DNA from: Christensenella sp. UBA6880
Lineage (GTDB): Bacteria > Bacillota > Clostridia > Christensenellales > CAG-917
Direction of reading: 5' to 3'
DNA length: 64,000 bases
Assembly: GCA_002449145.1 (NCBI GenBank)
Contig: DKCG01000032.1
Span: 34,777 to 98,776 of the forward strand
This document shows, one piece after another, positions 46,385 to 55,778 of this stretch. Each line of letters opens with the position of its first letter. Position 1 is the stretch's first letter. Below the pieces are notes generated by a model. It worked only from the letters and a program-made list of their open reading frames with translations, was not told where the DNA came from and did no database searches. Made by a program: the position numbers and the translations under genes.

Positions 46385-46673
46385 TGTATATAATTACGCA
46401 AGATCGCTCGATTATTCTGTGAGTGTAGGGAGATTCGGTAAATTTGAGTGTGATTTCATTGTACGCGGAACGGATATGCAATATGCCTATATTCAGGTTG
46501 CGTATACTATCGCTTTAAGCAAGGAAACGGAAGATCGCGAATATCGCCCACTTGAATCTATAAAGGATAATTATCCGAGATATGTTATTACGACCGATTA
46601 TCTCTTGCAACAACGCAACGGGATAAAGCACGTTAATCTAATGGACTTTATGAGTAAAAATGAAAGGTTTTAA
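46371..46673 (+). pseudogene. C-terminal fragment of a DUF4143-type AAA ATPase
   Basis: LENIVYNYARSLDYSVSVGRFGKFECDFIV...YIQVAYT...REYRPLESIKDNYPRYVITTD matches the C-terminal DUF4143 pattern. No Walker motifs or N-terminal part. Confidence 0.65.
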
Positions 46674-46893
46674 GTGCTATTTTTCGCGGTGGTTGCTATT
46701 GTCGCTGACTTGTGCTACAACAGCAACAACGAAAGGTAATAAAATATGGAATTTACAATAAACCTGCGTATTATCCTAAAATTCGATAAAAGCAAAACTG
46801 CGTATTATCTGTAAAACATAAGAATCACTATCCATAAGTTTGTTTATCTTTGAAATTGCTCCACCTAAAAATCAAAAAATAGCCGAACAGTTG

Positions 46894-46922
46894 TTGACAA
46901 ATAAGGTATAAAACTGTATAAT
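46894..46922 (+). promoter_or_regulatory. consensus promoter for abiEi-abiEii
   Basis: TTGACA - 17 nt - TATAAT, 35 nt upstream of ATG 46958. Confidence 0.55.
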
Positions 46923-46957
46923 TTAAGAGCAAACGGAATATAATATAGTGAGGAAAT

Positions 46958-47584
46958 ATGGAACTTGTTAATTGCTTAAAAACTCAATATGGAGAAAACA
47001 CTCCTATCTTTTTTGAAGATATAGCTAATGTTTGCTCCGGATATACAAGAGGACGTGTATATCAACTTATTGATGCCGCTATGAATAGCGGCCTTTTGGC
47101 TAAAGCTGGATACGATTGTTATTATGTTCCTACAACAACTCCGTTTGGAAAGTCTTTGCTAAATCCTCGAAAGATAATTGAGAAGAAATATATTTCAAAT
47201 AACGGCAAAGTGTACGGTTTTTATACCGGTATATCATTGCTTAATAGTTTCGGCATAACGACTCAAATGCCGAACGTTATTGAAGTTTTTACAAACAACG
47301 AAGCCACAAAATCAAGACGTGTAACGATAAACAATCAAACGATTATAGTCAAAAGGGCGCGCACTACAATAAATAGCGCAAACTACAAAGAGATGATGCT
47401 TTTGGAATTGTTCAACCTTGCGGATGCTCGTTCTATTGATGTACAAGCAACACAAAAAATCGTTGATTATATGAAAAAGAACAATATATCAATTCAAGGT
47501 ATTATGAAATACGCAGAATTCGTTCCTGCGAGAGCTATAAAAAATTTTATGAGTAGCGAGGTGCAAAATGCTTTTGCATACTGA
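46958..47584 (+). CDS. abiEi: AbiEi-like antitoxin (type IV TA / abortive infection)
   Basis: 208 aa with a winged-HTH-like N-terminus. Overlaps the downstream AbiEii gene by 17 nt, the usual architecture. Confidence 0.65.
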   Translation: MELVNCLKTQYGENTPIFFEDIANVCSGYTRGRVYQLIDAAMNSGLLAKAGYDCYYVPTTTPFGKSLLNPRKIIEKKYISNNGKVYGFYTGISLLNSFGITTQMPNVIEVFTNNEATKSRRVTINNQTIIVKRARTTINSANYKEMMLLELFNLADARSIDVQATQKIVDYMKKNNISIQGIMKYAEFVPARAIKNFMSSEVQNAFAY

Positions 47585-48470
47585 CAAAAACCTATTTGAA
47601 CAAACGATTTTTCAAGTTGCTCAAAGGAGCGGAATTGAATCGGGAATTATAGAGAAAGACTATTATGTTTCATTATTACTCAAAGAATTGAGTCAAACGC
47701 TGCCGTCTATGATATTCAAAGGCGGAACGTCTTTGTCTAAATGCCATAAAGTAATAAAAAGATTTTCTGAGGACATCGATATTACTTTGGATGAAAATCA
47801 TTTGTCGCAAGGTAATCGCAAGAGCGTAAAAACGGCGATTGTAAATGCATGCGAAAAGTTGGGATTCTCTATATCGAATATTGATGACATAAAAAGTAGA
47901 ATGGAGTTCAACCATTACAAGATAGAGTATTCGGGCTTGTTTATGATTGACGGGCTAAAACCCGATATAGAAATAGACACGATTTTTTCAATTCGTTCCT
48001 TTCCGTATGAGCAAAAATTGGCTACAAGTATAATCTACGATTATCTAAACGAAACGGGGTTAGATGAATTTATCAATACCTATGAACTTTTGCCGTACCC
48101 TGTAAATACCCAGTCTATCGACAGAACGTTTGTTGATAAAGTGTTTGCTTTGTGCGACTACTATTTGGAAGGGAAAACAAAAGAAAGATCGAGACATCTA
48201 TATGATATTTATAAACTCTATCCTTTGTTGTCGGATTTTGATAAAATAAAAGAGTTGGCAAAAGAAACAAGAGTCGCAAGAATAAATAGTCCGTTTTGCG
48301 AATCAGCAACATCATCAAAAACGATTAACGAACTTCTTCAAGAGATACTTGATAAAGAATACTATCGAATTGATTATAAAGAAAATACCTTTATATTGGT
48401 ATACGATAATATTCCATATGAAGAAGCAATATCTGTTATTCCCCAAATAATAGAAAAGAAAATCTTTTAA
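47568..48470 (+). CDS. abiEii: nucleotidyltransferase AbiEii/AbiGii toxin family protein
   Basis: 300 aa with IEKDYYVSLLLKEL and FKGGTSLSKCHKVIKRFSEDIDITL, the DUF1814/AbiEii signature. Confidence 0.8.
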   Translation: MLLHTDKNLFEQTIFQVAQRSGIESGIIEKDYYVSLLLKELSQTLPSMIFKGGTSLSKCHKVIKRFSEDIDITLDENHLSQGNRKSVKTAIVNACEKLGFSISNIDDIKSRMEFNHYKIEYSGLFMIDGLKPDIEIDTIFSIRSFPYEQKLATSIIYDYLNETGLDEFINTYELLPYPVNTQSIDRTFVDKVFALCDYYLEGKTKERSRHLYDIYKLYPLLSDFDKIKELAKETRVARINSPFCESATSSKTINELLQEILDKEYYRIDYKENTFILVYDNIPYEEAISVIPQIIEKKIF

Positions 48471-48765
48471 TTATAAAGACAGGAATTGTTGTGTTGCAAA
48501 TGAAAGATTTTTGCTTGATAAATCATTTATGACTTGATATCATAACAAACGGAAATAGAGCAAAATCTCGCATTAATTTTTCTGAAAAGAGCTCGGAAAA
48601 CTGGTATTGTTTTTGGTATTATTTTAGTTTGAAAATTATTTTGAAATCTAAAATTTACCGAAAAAACGAACAAAATTAGCGGTTTTAGACGAAAAATATT
48701 GCCTAAAATGGCTAAAAACGTGCGGAAATCGCTTATTTTAATAGGATTTTGAGAATTTTTCAAAA

Positions 48766-48810
48766 CTCCTAAGCGGAACGCCGTTGGTTCGACTCCAATC
48801 AGGCAGGCCA
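48766..48810 (+). pseudogene. 3-prime half of the interrupted tRNA-Arg(CCT) gene
   Basis: CTCCTAA-GCGGA-ACGCC-GTTGG-TTCGACT-CCAAT-CAGGCAG-G-CCA. Complements 44800-44838. Confidence 0.8.
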
Positions 48811-48813
48811 GCC

Positions 48814-48849
48814 GTCAGTCACTTTTTTCGTGGAGTGGCTGACTTTTTT
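48814..48849. terminator. rho-independent terminator after the tRNA 3-prime half
   Basis: Stem GTCAGTCAC / GTGGCTGAC (one G-T pair), then T6. Confidence 0.6.
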
Positions 48850-49124
48850 ATGCCTAAACACTGCATATATTTTTTCCACATTTTGCTTTCGCGACGGTTT
48901 ATTTTCTTGAGGTGTGGCAAAAGTTGGTCGTAGTTTACAATCCACTTGTTGCCGAACTTATACTTAAATACCGTCGTGTCCGTTTTCAAAAAATCACGTA
49001 TTTCATCGGCGTGTATAAAACGGTCGCCTGTCTTTCGGTGTTTGTTCCACTCTCTCGCACAATCTTTAATGTTCCTTAACTTAGGTATCTTGTATTCGTG
49101 TTCCTGCAAATCATATTGCAACAC
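48819..49124 (-). CDS. excisionase-like DNA-binding protein
   Basis: 101 aa. FKYKFGNKWIVNYDQLLPHL matches the W(L/I)(I/V)N motif of the Xis-like genes inside the element. Its 3-prime end runs into the tRNA terminator hairpin. Confidence 0.45.
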   Translation of the reverse strand: MLQYDLQEHEYKIPKLRNIKDCAREWNKHRKTGDRFIHADEIRDFLKTDTTVFKYKFGNKWIVNYDQLLPHLKKINRRESKMWKKYMQCLGIKKSATPRKK

Positions 49125-49206
49125 AAACGTGAATTATCAAATAAACCAAAAAGAAAAACGACTTTCACTTGAAAGCCGTTTTTCATATCTCGCACAATCT
49201 GCGTTA

Positions 49207-52200
49207 TTACAGCGTATAAGTCGTGCCTTTTGTCATGCTCGTACCATCTGCAAGACGAGCCGCCTCTGTGACTTTGTATCTATTGGAATTATTGTGTTCG
49301 TATGCAGTTACAGAAAGTGTGCTAGTCACTTTTGCAGTTCCGCCTTTTCCTGTGCCTTGTACAATACCGCCGAATGCCGTTGCCTCAAACGTTCCGCCGT
49401 CAATTATAAGTGTTGCAGCCTTGCCTTTTGATACGGGATATACTCTAATACTATTTGTGTCTGTAAAATTACTATATACAATCAAGTTACCCGTGGAAGA
49501 AAGTTTGCCGTTTGTTCTTACAGTTATAATTGCGCCTGGCATTATTTTGTATTTATAGCCTGCATTGAGTGTAGTAGCCGTAGTTCCATTGCCTATACTT
49601 ATATTATAAGTCCAAGGGATAGGGAAGTATGTCTTACTCATACTTGCAGTTATACCCTGTACTTCCATATCAAGAGATCCCATCGTAGCCGTTCCAACGA
49701 AAGTGAGAGTTGTTACCTCAGTTGACGCATTATACGATTTATCAATATACCCTCCGTTTGTTATTTGTAATATACCGCTTGATGAGATTGCGTCAATTGT
49801 TGTGGTATTGTGTTTATCACTTGCCCACAAATCTGCATATCCCGTGAGCTTTGAGCCAGAATAGTATCGGCTGTTGCATTGGATATTTGGCATTTCGTAT
49901 TCACTAAAAGGAGCAACACGATTTGTCCAACTATCAATCAACATAGCCGCATCCCATGCTTTATAGACGGTGTAAGATCCGCCCTTGAAGTCGCGCACCA
50001 CAAACGGGCTATACACGTTGCCGCCATTAAACGTTGCCTGACCGCTGCCGTTTACAAGACCGCGAACATCAAATTTGCCGCTGTTCAATACAATGTTGCC
50101 ATTGTTTACAATCTTGCTATAAGCACCCGAAGTGTGTCCCTCAAATGGTAGTGTCGTGCTACCGAGACGTCCCGCAACGATAATATTGCCGCCACCAATC
50201 GTAATAGTAATACCGTTGTTTATTGTAAGTGTGTAATCTGCTCCAACCGAGTTCCAAGCATAACTTGCTGTTGTCATTGGTGATTCGCCGCTTACTACGT
50301 AATCGTTATCAACAGATACAGAACCTGCCGTCTTTGAGTAATTTGCAGTTTTAAGACCGACAATTAGAGTTACACCACTCGGGACTGTAACAGATTTGGA
50401 TATAAACGCATTGCCGACGAGATATACGGTTTTTCCTGACGTTGCTTTTGCAAGTGCGCCTTCAACTGTGTAATATTCACTATTGAGTTGCGCTGCATAT
50501 ACGCTGAAGGGAATATCGATATATGCCGCATTGTAGTTGGTCGTTTCGCTTGCGCTCACACGCACGGTGTAGATGCCGCCGTCAATCATTTGCGTTTTGC
50601 CCGTCGGAGCAATGAGGGAATAAGAGAACGTCGGATCCCAACCTTGCACGCCACGCACAAGGCTTGCCACGCTCACACCCTCGGGGCTTGCCGTACCCGC
50701 GATTATACCTGCATAGTCGATTGCAGAGCCTGTCCATCTTGCGCCAAATTCGCCGTCAAAATGGAATTGAGCGTTGACTTTTGCAAGCGTTATTTTGATT
50801 ACCACACCCGTATAAACGTTGTAGTTGGTCTTGTCTTTGCAGTACCTTGCGGAATAACCCGCGTCGTTCTTGTCGCATGTCACAAGTTTGTTTGCATCCA
50901 CCCACTCAAAGCCCGTACCCATGAGGGAATATGCGGCAAGCGTTTTGCCGTATTCGTACGTGCCTGTGAGATTGACGTTTGCAAGCGCCGCATCCACTTG
51001 TTCCTTGGTGTAGTTTGCCTTGTTCACGACAAGCGTTTGCGCATTGCCGTAATTTACGCTGTAGTTGTCAAGTTCTTCGCACACCACGTTGAAGGTGTAT
51101 TTGGTGACGTTTGCGTCCGCACCCTTCGTGTAGTTGGTTGTGAATGTCGCTTTGCCATCGAGCAAACTCTTGTCGTCGCCGTTCACAAATCCGTATACTT
51201 CGTATGCAAAGTCCGTAGGAACGTCGTCTCCGTACGTGATTGCGTCGTGCGCAACCGCATTAAGGTTGAGAGTTGCTTTGTTGACGATAAGTTTTGAATT
51301 GACGTATGCGATGTCATAGTTATCCAAGACGAATTTTACTATCGTCACGTCAAACGTACCTGCACGTTTTGCGCTGTTATAATCGCATGCATATGCGTTC
51401 GGGAATTCAAAGTCTGCAGCCGTTTCGCTGTATGCAAATCCCGAGTAAGCAAATTCGTAACTCGGCATAGCCTCGCCGTACGTAATGGTCTGCGTTCTGC
51501 TCAAACTGACGGTTAAAGTGGCTTTTGTGATAGCCACAACACCGCTTTGTGCTGTTATGTCGTAATTTCTGTTTGTTTCGTCAAGGCTGTCGAATGTCGG
51601 CGTTACGGTGTAATTTCCGACGTTCTTTTGGTCAAAATCAAAATATGCTGCGAGCGTATCGTTGTCGTAAAGCGTTCCGCTTACAATCTCGTACGCGAGG
51701 TTGATTTCTTGCCCGTATATGGACGTCACGTTTTTTGTCTTGACTGCAATCGGTCGAGGCAATACTACAACGCTGATGTCGCAATCCACCACTTCATAGT
51801 TGCACAAGGCGAAATTATTATCCTTTGCGCTTGCGTTTACAGCGTAACTTCCGACGCCGCAACCCACGCTATACACGTGCGAGAAAACGATATACTGTCT
51901 TGCGCTCTCGTATTCGTTGCCGTTGTCGTCAACTATCTTATAACTGTCAAACGCACCGACTTCCTTGCCGTATACGACGGTGTATTTGCTGTTTTCGTTC
52001 TGCACGAGTTTGACTTGCCTTGCGCTTACAATCAAGTCTGCGCCGTTCCAATGGCAATTGTAGTTGCCGCCGTTGTACGTAAGGTTTGCACAGACGTTGT
52101 AACTGCCAACGTGTTCTGCGTCGTAGTTGCTTACGTAGATTTCAACCGTCACGAGCTTTTCATCGCCGTTGAAGAAACCTTGCGCCGTGTATGCCGTTTG

Positions 52201-55200
52201 GTCGATATTAAGAGCGTCGCCAAACGTCATCGTTTGATTTCGGAGGTTGATATATGCGTTTGCTTTGTCGATTTTTACGGTGTAACTGTCCTCGTACGTT
52301 ATGGGATTGACAATACCCTCAATCGTTTTGCTGAGTTTGTAGTACACCGTATATGTGCCTGCGTTTGAGAAGGAGGGTGCAACCACGCCCCAGTTTTGAT
52401 TGTCAACGCTATACGTGATGCTTGCGCCTTCTTCTATGTTTTTCACTTGCACGCAATGAGCCGTGCCGTCATACGAGAACGTCGTAAGCGAGTTCACGTT
52501 ATGATCGATGGATATCTCGGCAATCTCTATATTGATGGTGAAGTAGGAGTAGGATATCGTGTAGTATTCCGTTACGTCATCGCCGTTTTTGTTTGTGACC
52601 TTAAAGCCGTTCATGACGAACAATGCCTCAAAATCTTCTTGCTTGTCGTTATCTTCAAACGTATAAACGCCCACTTTGTCCGTAATGGTGCTAATCGTGC
52701 CTTCGATAACGTCGCCGTTGTAGAGCGGTGTCGCTGCGCTTGCGATGTCGAACGTTGCCACTTCACCCACTTTATATGCAAATTTATTTGTCATCGAAAG
52801 GGTGAACGGACGTGCGGTAACCTTGATTTCTGCCGACGTCACGGTAAATTCATAGTTTTCCTTCAAGTAGTCTGTTGTCGGAACTGCACGAAGTTCGAAA
52901 CTTCCGATCATGCCGGGAGTGTATACCTCTTCGGGATCCGTGCCGAATCTGCCGCGCACAAGCGAGAACGAGTAGTTGTCCTTATCCGATACGGTGAGCC
53001 GTTTCTCAATAGGAGCGTCCAAACCGTTTTTATCGTCGATGCTCAAAATCATATTGTTTTTGGCAAAATAGTTGCTTGTATCTTTACCATAGAGCAAACG
53101 GGTTTGTCCTGCAGAATCCAATTTCAATATAGTCGGTCTCTTCGTGATTTCGATTATTCCGCTTTCCGCCGTTACGGCGTAGTTGCCGTTGCCGCTTGTT
53201 GCGGATATCTCCGTCTGTCCGACGAGCGTGTAATTACCGTTTTCGGCAGAGTAGTCGCTTTGACATACCACAACTTCGTTTACGTCGTCGCCTTCAACGA
53301 TAGAGCCACCCGTGATAGTGAACGTGCATTTGCCGAGCTTTTCGCCGTAAATCACGGTTATATTGTTCATTTTGACGGAAATTTCACGCATTGTCACCGT
53401 GACTTGCGCCTTAACCGCGCTGTTGTCTGCGAGAGTGTAGTTCCCGTCGTTGTTCTTGAGTGCGCAATTGACGTAATATTCGCCGCCTACCACGTGCCTG
53501 TTGTCCGCCGCATAGTCTGTCGTGAGTGCGATGATGTCTGCAATATCGTCTGCGCTATAAAGCCCGCTTACCGTTACGAGGTCGTTAATGTCGAGTGCAA
53601 GAGTCTCGCCGTACGTGACGGATACGGGCTTAACCGTAACGCTCAATGCAACTTTATTGACGGTGAGCGTTGCGCTGTTCATTGTGAAATCGAAGTTTTG
53701 CGTTGCGTCGCTGCGCGTCTCGCTCTTCGCGCCGATTGTGAGTACGATCGGGTACGAGCCGACAGGGTTACCGACCTCGTACGCGCACGCGAGCGTGTAC
53801 GACAATAAATTATAGTCGTTGCCGCTTACGCTATACAAAGTCTTGTCAAAGCTGAATGCCTCGCCATACACGGTTTCTTGATTCTTAATCGTGATGTCGA
53901 GCTTTACCTTGTTGATTGTAACGACGTAACTGCCGCTTACGCTCTTATAATTTTTGCGTGACACCGTGTAGTAAACGGTATATTCGCCTGCGTCGGTGAA
54001 GTGCGGTTGCGCGGCGGTGTATTCGCCGTCTTGCTCGAGCGAGTACGTAACGTCAAAGTTGTAACTCTTGACTGCCTCGCCGTGGCTTTGATTGTCAAAC
54101 GTAAACGTATTCTCTTCGCTTGTAGGAACGGTGTAATCGTCGCTATTTATCGTCGCAAGCGAGATTGATGCGGTGGCGGTGAAGGTTACGTTATAATTTG
54201 CCGCAACGTTCTTTCCCTCTTCGTCCACGATTGTGAGCGTGCTTGTAATCATGTTATCCGCAAGACTGTATTCGCCCACGCCGCTCGCCGACGTTTTGAG
54301 GACAAGTTTCAATACGTGTCCGTTAAGCACGCCGTCAAAACTTTCGTTACAGTACGTTTTTGATAGCGTCGAGCCGTCGTATTTTTTGCCGAATGCAAGC
54401 GCGCTCTTTGCCGTCACGTCTTTCTTGCCAACGACAATCTTGCTTTGCACAAAGCTCACGTCGTATTTGTCCGATTCAAAACCGCTTGCGCTTATAGTAT
54501 ATTCGCCAACGCCCGATGCCTGCGTATAAGCGGTATCCCATTGCAAGTTCGCAGTGTCGATTGCGCTTTGGTCGTCGTCATACTTAAATCCCGTATATTG
54601 AACGCTCAAAACAGGCAAATTATCACCGTAAGTGATGTTTATCTGTGCAATTGTCGCACTTAAAGTGGCTTTTTTCACGGTTACGGTCACAAACGAGCTC
54701 TTTGCGTTGCTCGTTTGAGTGCCGTCGGATGCGGTTACGGAGCATCTGATAACATGCTCGCCCGCGCCGAGTTTATCGATATTCGCGCTTTCGCCTTTTG
54801 CGATGCTCACGCCGTTTTCAAACCACTCGTAAGTATAAGCGATACCCTCGATTTTCTCGGATATCGAGGCGGTGAGGTTTGCCTTCTCGCCGTACGTGAT
54901 TTCAAAGTCTTTATTTACGGTCGGCTGTTGCGGAGCGTCAATAGTCCACTTTGCATAGTATGTCTTGTCGCCGCTAAACGTCGTTTCGGCAGTCGCTTGA
55001 TTGCATTTCTCGTCGTACCAACCTGCAAACTTATATCCGTTCTTAGTCGGGTTCTCGTTGTCGCTCGGCAATGTTATCTTGTCGCCGAATGTTCCGGTTG
55101 CGGTTTTGATGACGTTCTCGCCGTCTGTAAATTTGACGGTGCATTCGATTTTTGACACTTCCGCATACACGTAAGCGTCGCTCTTGACGTTGTCAAAACT

Positions 55201-55671
55201 CTCCGTCCATTTGACAAAGATATCGCCGACTTTGAGGTTTTGAGCAATCGTTTCCTCGCTTGGTGCAAGTGCGCTCTCGCCCCAGTCGACGGTTTGAGTG
55301 GATATCGGATCCTCGCCTTCGTACAGGAAGAAATAGACTGCGTACGTCTTTATCTTCCATTGTGCGTACAGCGTAAACGACGCGGTTTCCGCCTTGCTTG
55401 CGTCAAATGCGTTTTCGCCTCCCTTGTCAAACGTCCAACCGACAAAGTCGTATCCCTCGCGCGTAGGCGGAGTATAGGATATGGACTCTTCGATATTGAG
55501 GACTTTCTCAAACGTGTTTCCCGTGCCGTCGTTGAAGTCAAACGTAATGACTTTCATTGCGTCTTGACCGCCCGTTTTGTTGCACGCGACAAGCACGGCA
55601 GACACAATGAGAATAAGTGCCATCGCAATTGTCAATGCAAGCAGTTTGCTTTTGTTTCTTGTCTTGTTCAT
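49207..55671 (-). CDS. giant surface lipoprotein: Listeria-Bacteroides repeats, MBG-like repeats, C-terminal beta-helix-like domain
   Basis: 2154 aa from ATG 55671 with lipobox LVAC. Two or three Listeria-Bacteroides repeats (e.g. ITFDFNDGTG...GYDFVGWTF...LYAQWK) and at least ten repeats starting x(I/V)(T/I)YG(E/D). The ~600-aa Gly/Thr/Asn-rich C-terminus lacks LPXTG. Confidence 0.75.
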   Translation of the reverse strand: MNKTRNKSKLLALTIAMALILIVSAVLVACNKTGGQDAMKVITFDFNDGTGNTFEKVLNIEESISYTPPTREGYDFVGWTFDKGGENAFDASKAETASFTLYAQWKIKTYAVYFFLYEGEDPISTQTVDWGESALAPSEETIAQNLKVGDIFVKWTESFDNVKSDAYVYAEVSKIECTVKFTDGENVIKTATGTFGDKITLPSDNENPTKNGYKFAGWYDEKCNQATAETTFSGDKTYYAKWTIDAPQQPTVNKDFEITYGEKANLTASISEKIEGIAYTYEWFENGVSIAKGESANIDKLGAGEHVIRCSVTASDGTQTSNAKSSFVTVTVKKATLSATIAQINITYGDNLPVLSVQYTGFKYDDDQSAIDTANLQWDTAYTQASGVGEYTISASGFESDKYDVSFVQSKIVVGKKDVTAKSALAFGKKYDGSTLSKTYCNESFDGVLNGHVLKLVLKTSASGVGEYSLADNMITSTLTIVDEEGKNVAANYNVTFTATASISLATINSDDYTVPTSEENTFTFDNQSHGEAVKSYNFDVTYSLEQDGEYTAAQPHFTDAGEYTVYYTVSRKNYKSVSGSYVVTINKVKLDITIKNQETVYGEAFSFDKTLYSVSGNDYNLLSYTLACAYEVGNPVGSYPIVLTIGAKSETRSDATQNFDFTMNSATLTVNKVALSVTVKPVSVTYGETLALDINDLVTVSGLYSADDIADIIALTTDYAADNRHVVGGEYYVNCALKNNDGNYTLADNSAVKAQVTVTMREISVKMNNITVIYGEKLGKCTFTITGGSIVEGDDVNEVVVCQSDYSAENGNYTLVGQTEISATSGNGNYAVTAESGIIEITKRPTILKLDSAGQTRLLYGKDTSNYFAKNNMILSIDDKNGLDAPIEKRLTVSDKDNYSFSLVRGRFGTDPEEVYTPGMIGSFELRAVPTTDYLKENYEFTVTSAEIKVTARPFTLSMTNKFAYKVGEVATFDIASAATPLYNGDVIEGTISTITDKVGVYTFEDNDKQEDFEALFVMNGFKVTNKNGDDVTEYYTISYSYFTINIEIAEISIDHNVNSLTTFSYDGTAHCVQVKNIEEGASITYSVDNQNWGVVAPSFSNAGTYTVYYKLSKTIEGIVNPITYEDSYTVKIDKANAYINLRNQTMTFGDALNIDQTAYTAQGFFNGDEKLVTVEIYVSNYDAEHVGSYNVCANLTYNGGNYNCHWNGADLIVSARQVKLVQNENSKYTVVYGKEVGAFDSYKIVDDNGNEYESARQYIVFSHVYSVGCGVGSYAVNASAKDNNFALCNYEVVDCDISVVVLPRPIAVKTKNVTSIYGQEINLAYEIVSGTLYDNDTLAAYFDFDQKNVGNYTVTPTFDSLDETNRNYDITAQSGVVAITKATLTVSLSRTQTITYGEAMPSYEFAYSGFAYSETAADFEFPNAYACDYNSAKRAGTFDVTIVKFVLDNYDIAYVNSKLIVNKATLNLNAVAHDAITYGDDVPTDFAYEVYGFVNGDDKSLLDGKATFTTNYTKGADANVTKYTFNVVCEELDNYSVNYGNAQTLVVNKANYTKEQVDAALANVNLTGTYEYGKTLAAYSLMGTGFEWVDANKLVTCDKNDAGYSARYCKDKTNYNVYTGVVIKITLAKVNAQFHFDGEFGARWTGSAIDYAGIIAGTASPEGVSVASLVRGVQGWDPTFSYSLIAPTGKTQMIDGGIYTVRVSASETTNYNAAYIDIPFSVYAAQLNSEYYTVEGALAKATSGKTVYLVGNAFISKSVTVPSGVTLIVGLKTANYSKTAGSVSVDNDYVVSGESPMTTASYAWNSVGADYTLTINNGITITIGGGNIIVAGRLGSTTLPFEGHTSGAYSKIVNNGNIVLNSGKFDVRGLVNGSGQATFNGGNVYSPFVVRDFKGGSYTVYKAWDAAMLIDSWTNRVAPFSEYEMPNIQCNSRYYSGSKLTGYADLWASDKHNTTTIDAISSSGILQITNGGYIDKSYNASTEVTTLTFVGTATMGSLDMEVQGITASMSKTYFPIPWTYNISIGNGTTATTLNAGYKYKIMPGAIITVRTNGKLSSTGNLIVYSNFTDTNSIRVYPVSKGKAATLIIDGGTFEATAFGGIVQGTGKGGTAKVTSTLSVTAYEHNNSNRYKVTEAARLADGTSMTKGTTYTL

Positions 55672-55778
55672 ATTAAACCCCAATGTAATTTCTCCCTCTC
55701 CCTTGATATTTTTCGCATGGAAATGAGATGGTGTGATTAGGTTTTATATTTATACAATCGCAAAAATGCGTTTGTTTC

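Larger units (their letters stand above)
44839..48765. mobile_element. decayed integrative element inserted in the tRNA-Arg(CCT) anticodon loop
   Basis: 3927 bp between the two complementary tRNA halves. Visibly AT-richer than the flanks. Carries Xis-like genes, a truncated tyrosine recombinase, a DUF4143 fragment, AbiEi/AbiEii and an intact tRNA-Arg(CCT). Confidence 0.7.

Noticed and set aside
44800-48810. The two tRNA-Arg halves as a genuinely split, trans-joined tRNA gene (as in some archaea)
   Set aside because: No complementary leader/trailer sequences flank the halves (GGTGCGGATTTAGCCCG after the 5-prime half versus TTTGAGAATTTTTCAAAA before the 3-prime half). The intervening DNA is AT-rich with integrase and Xis remnants, so insertion is the simpler explanation.
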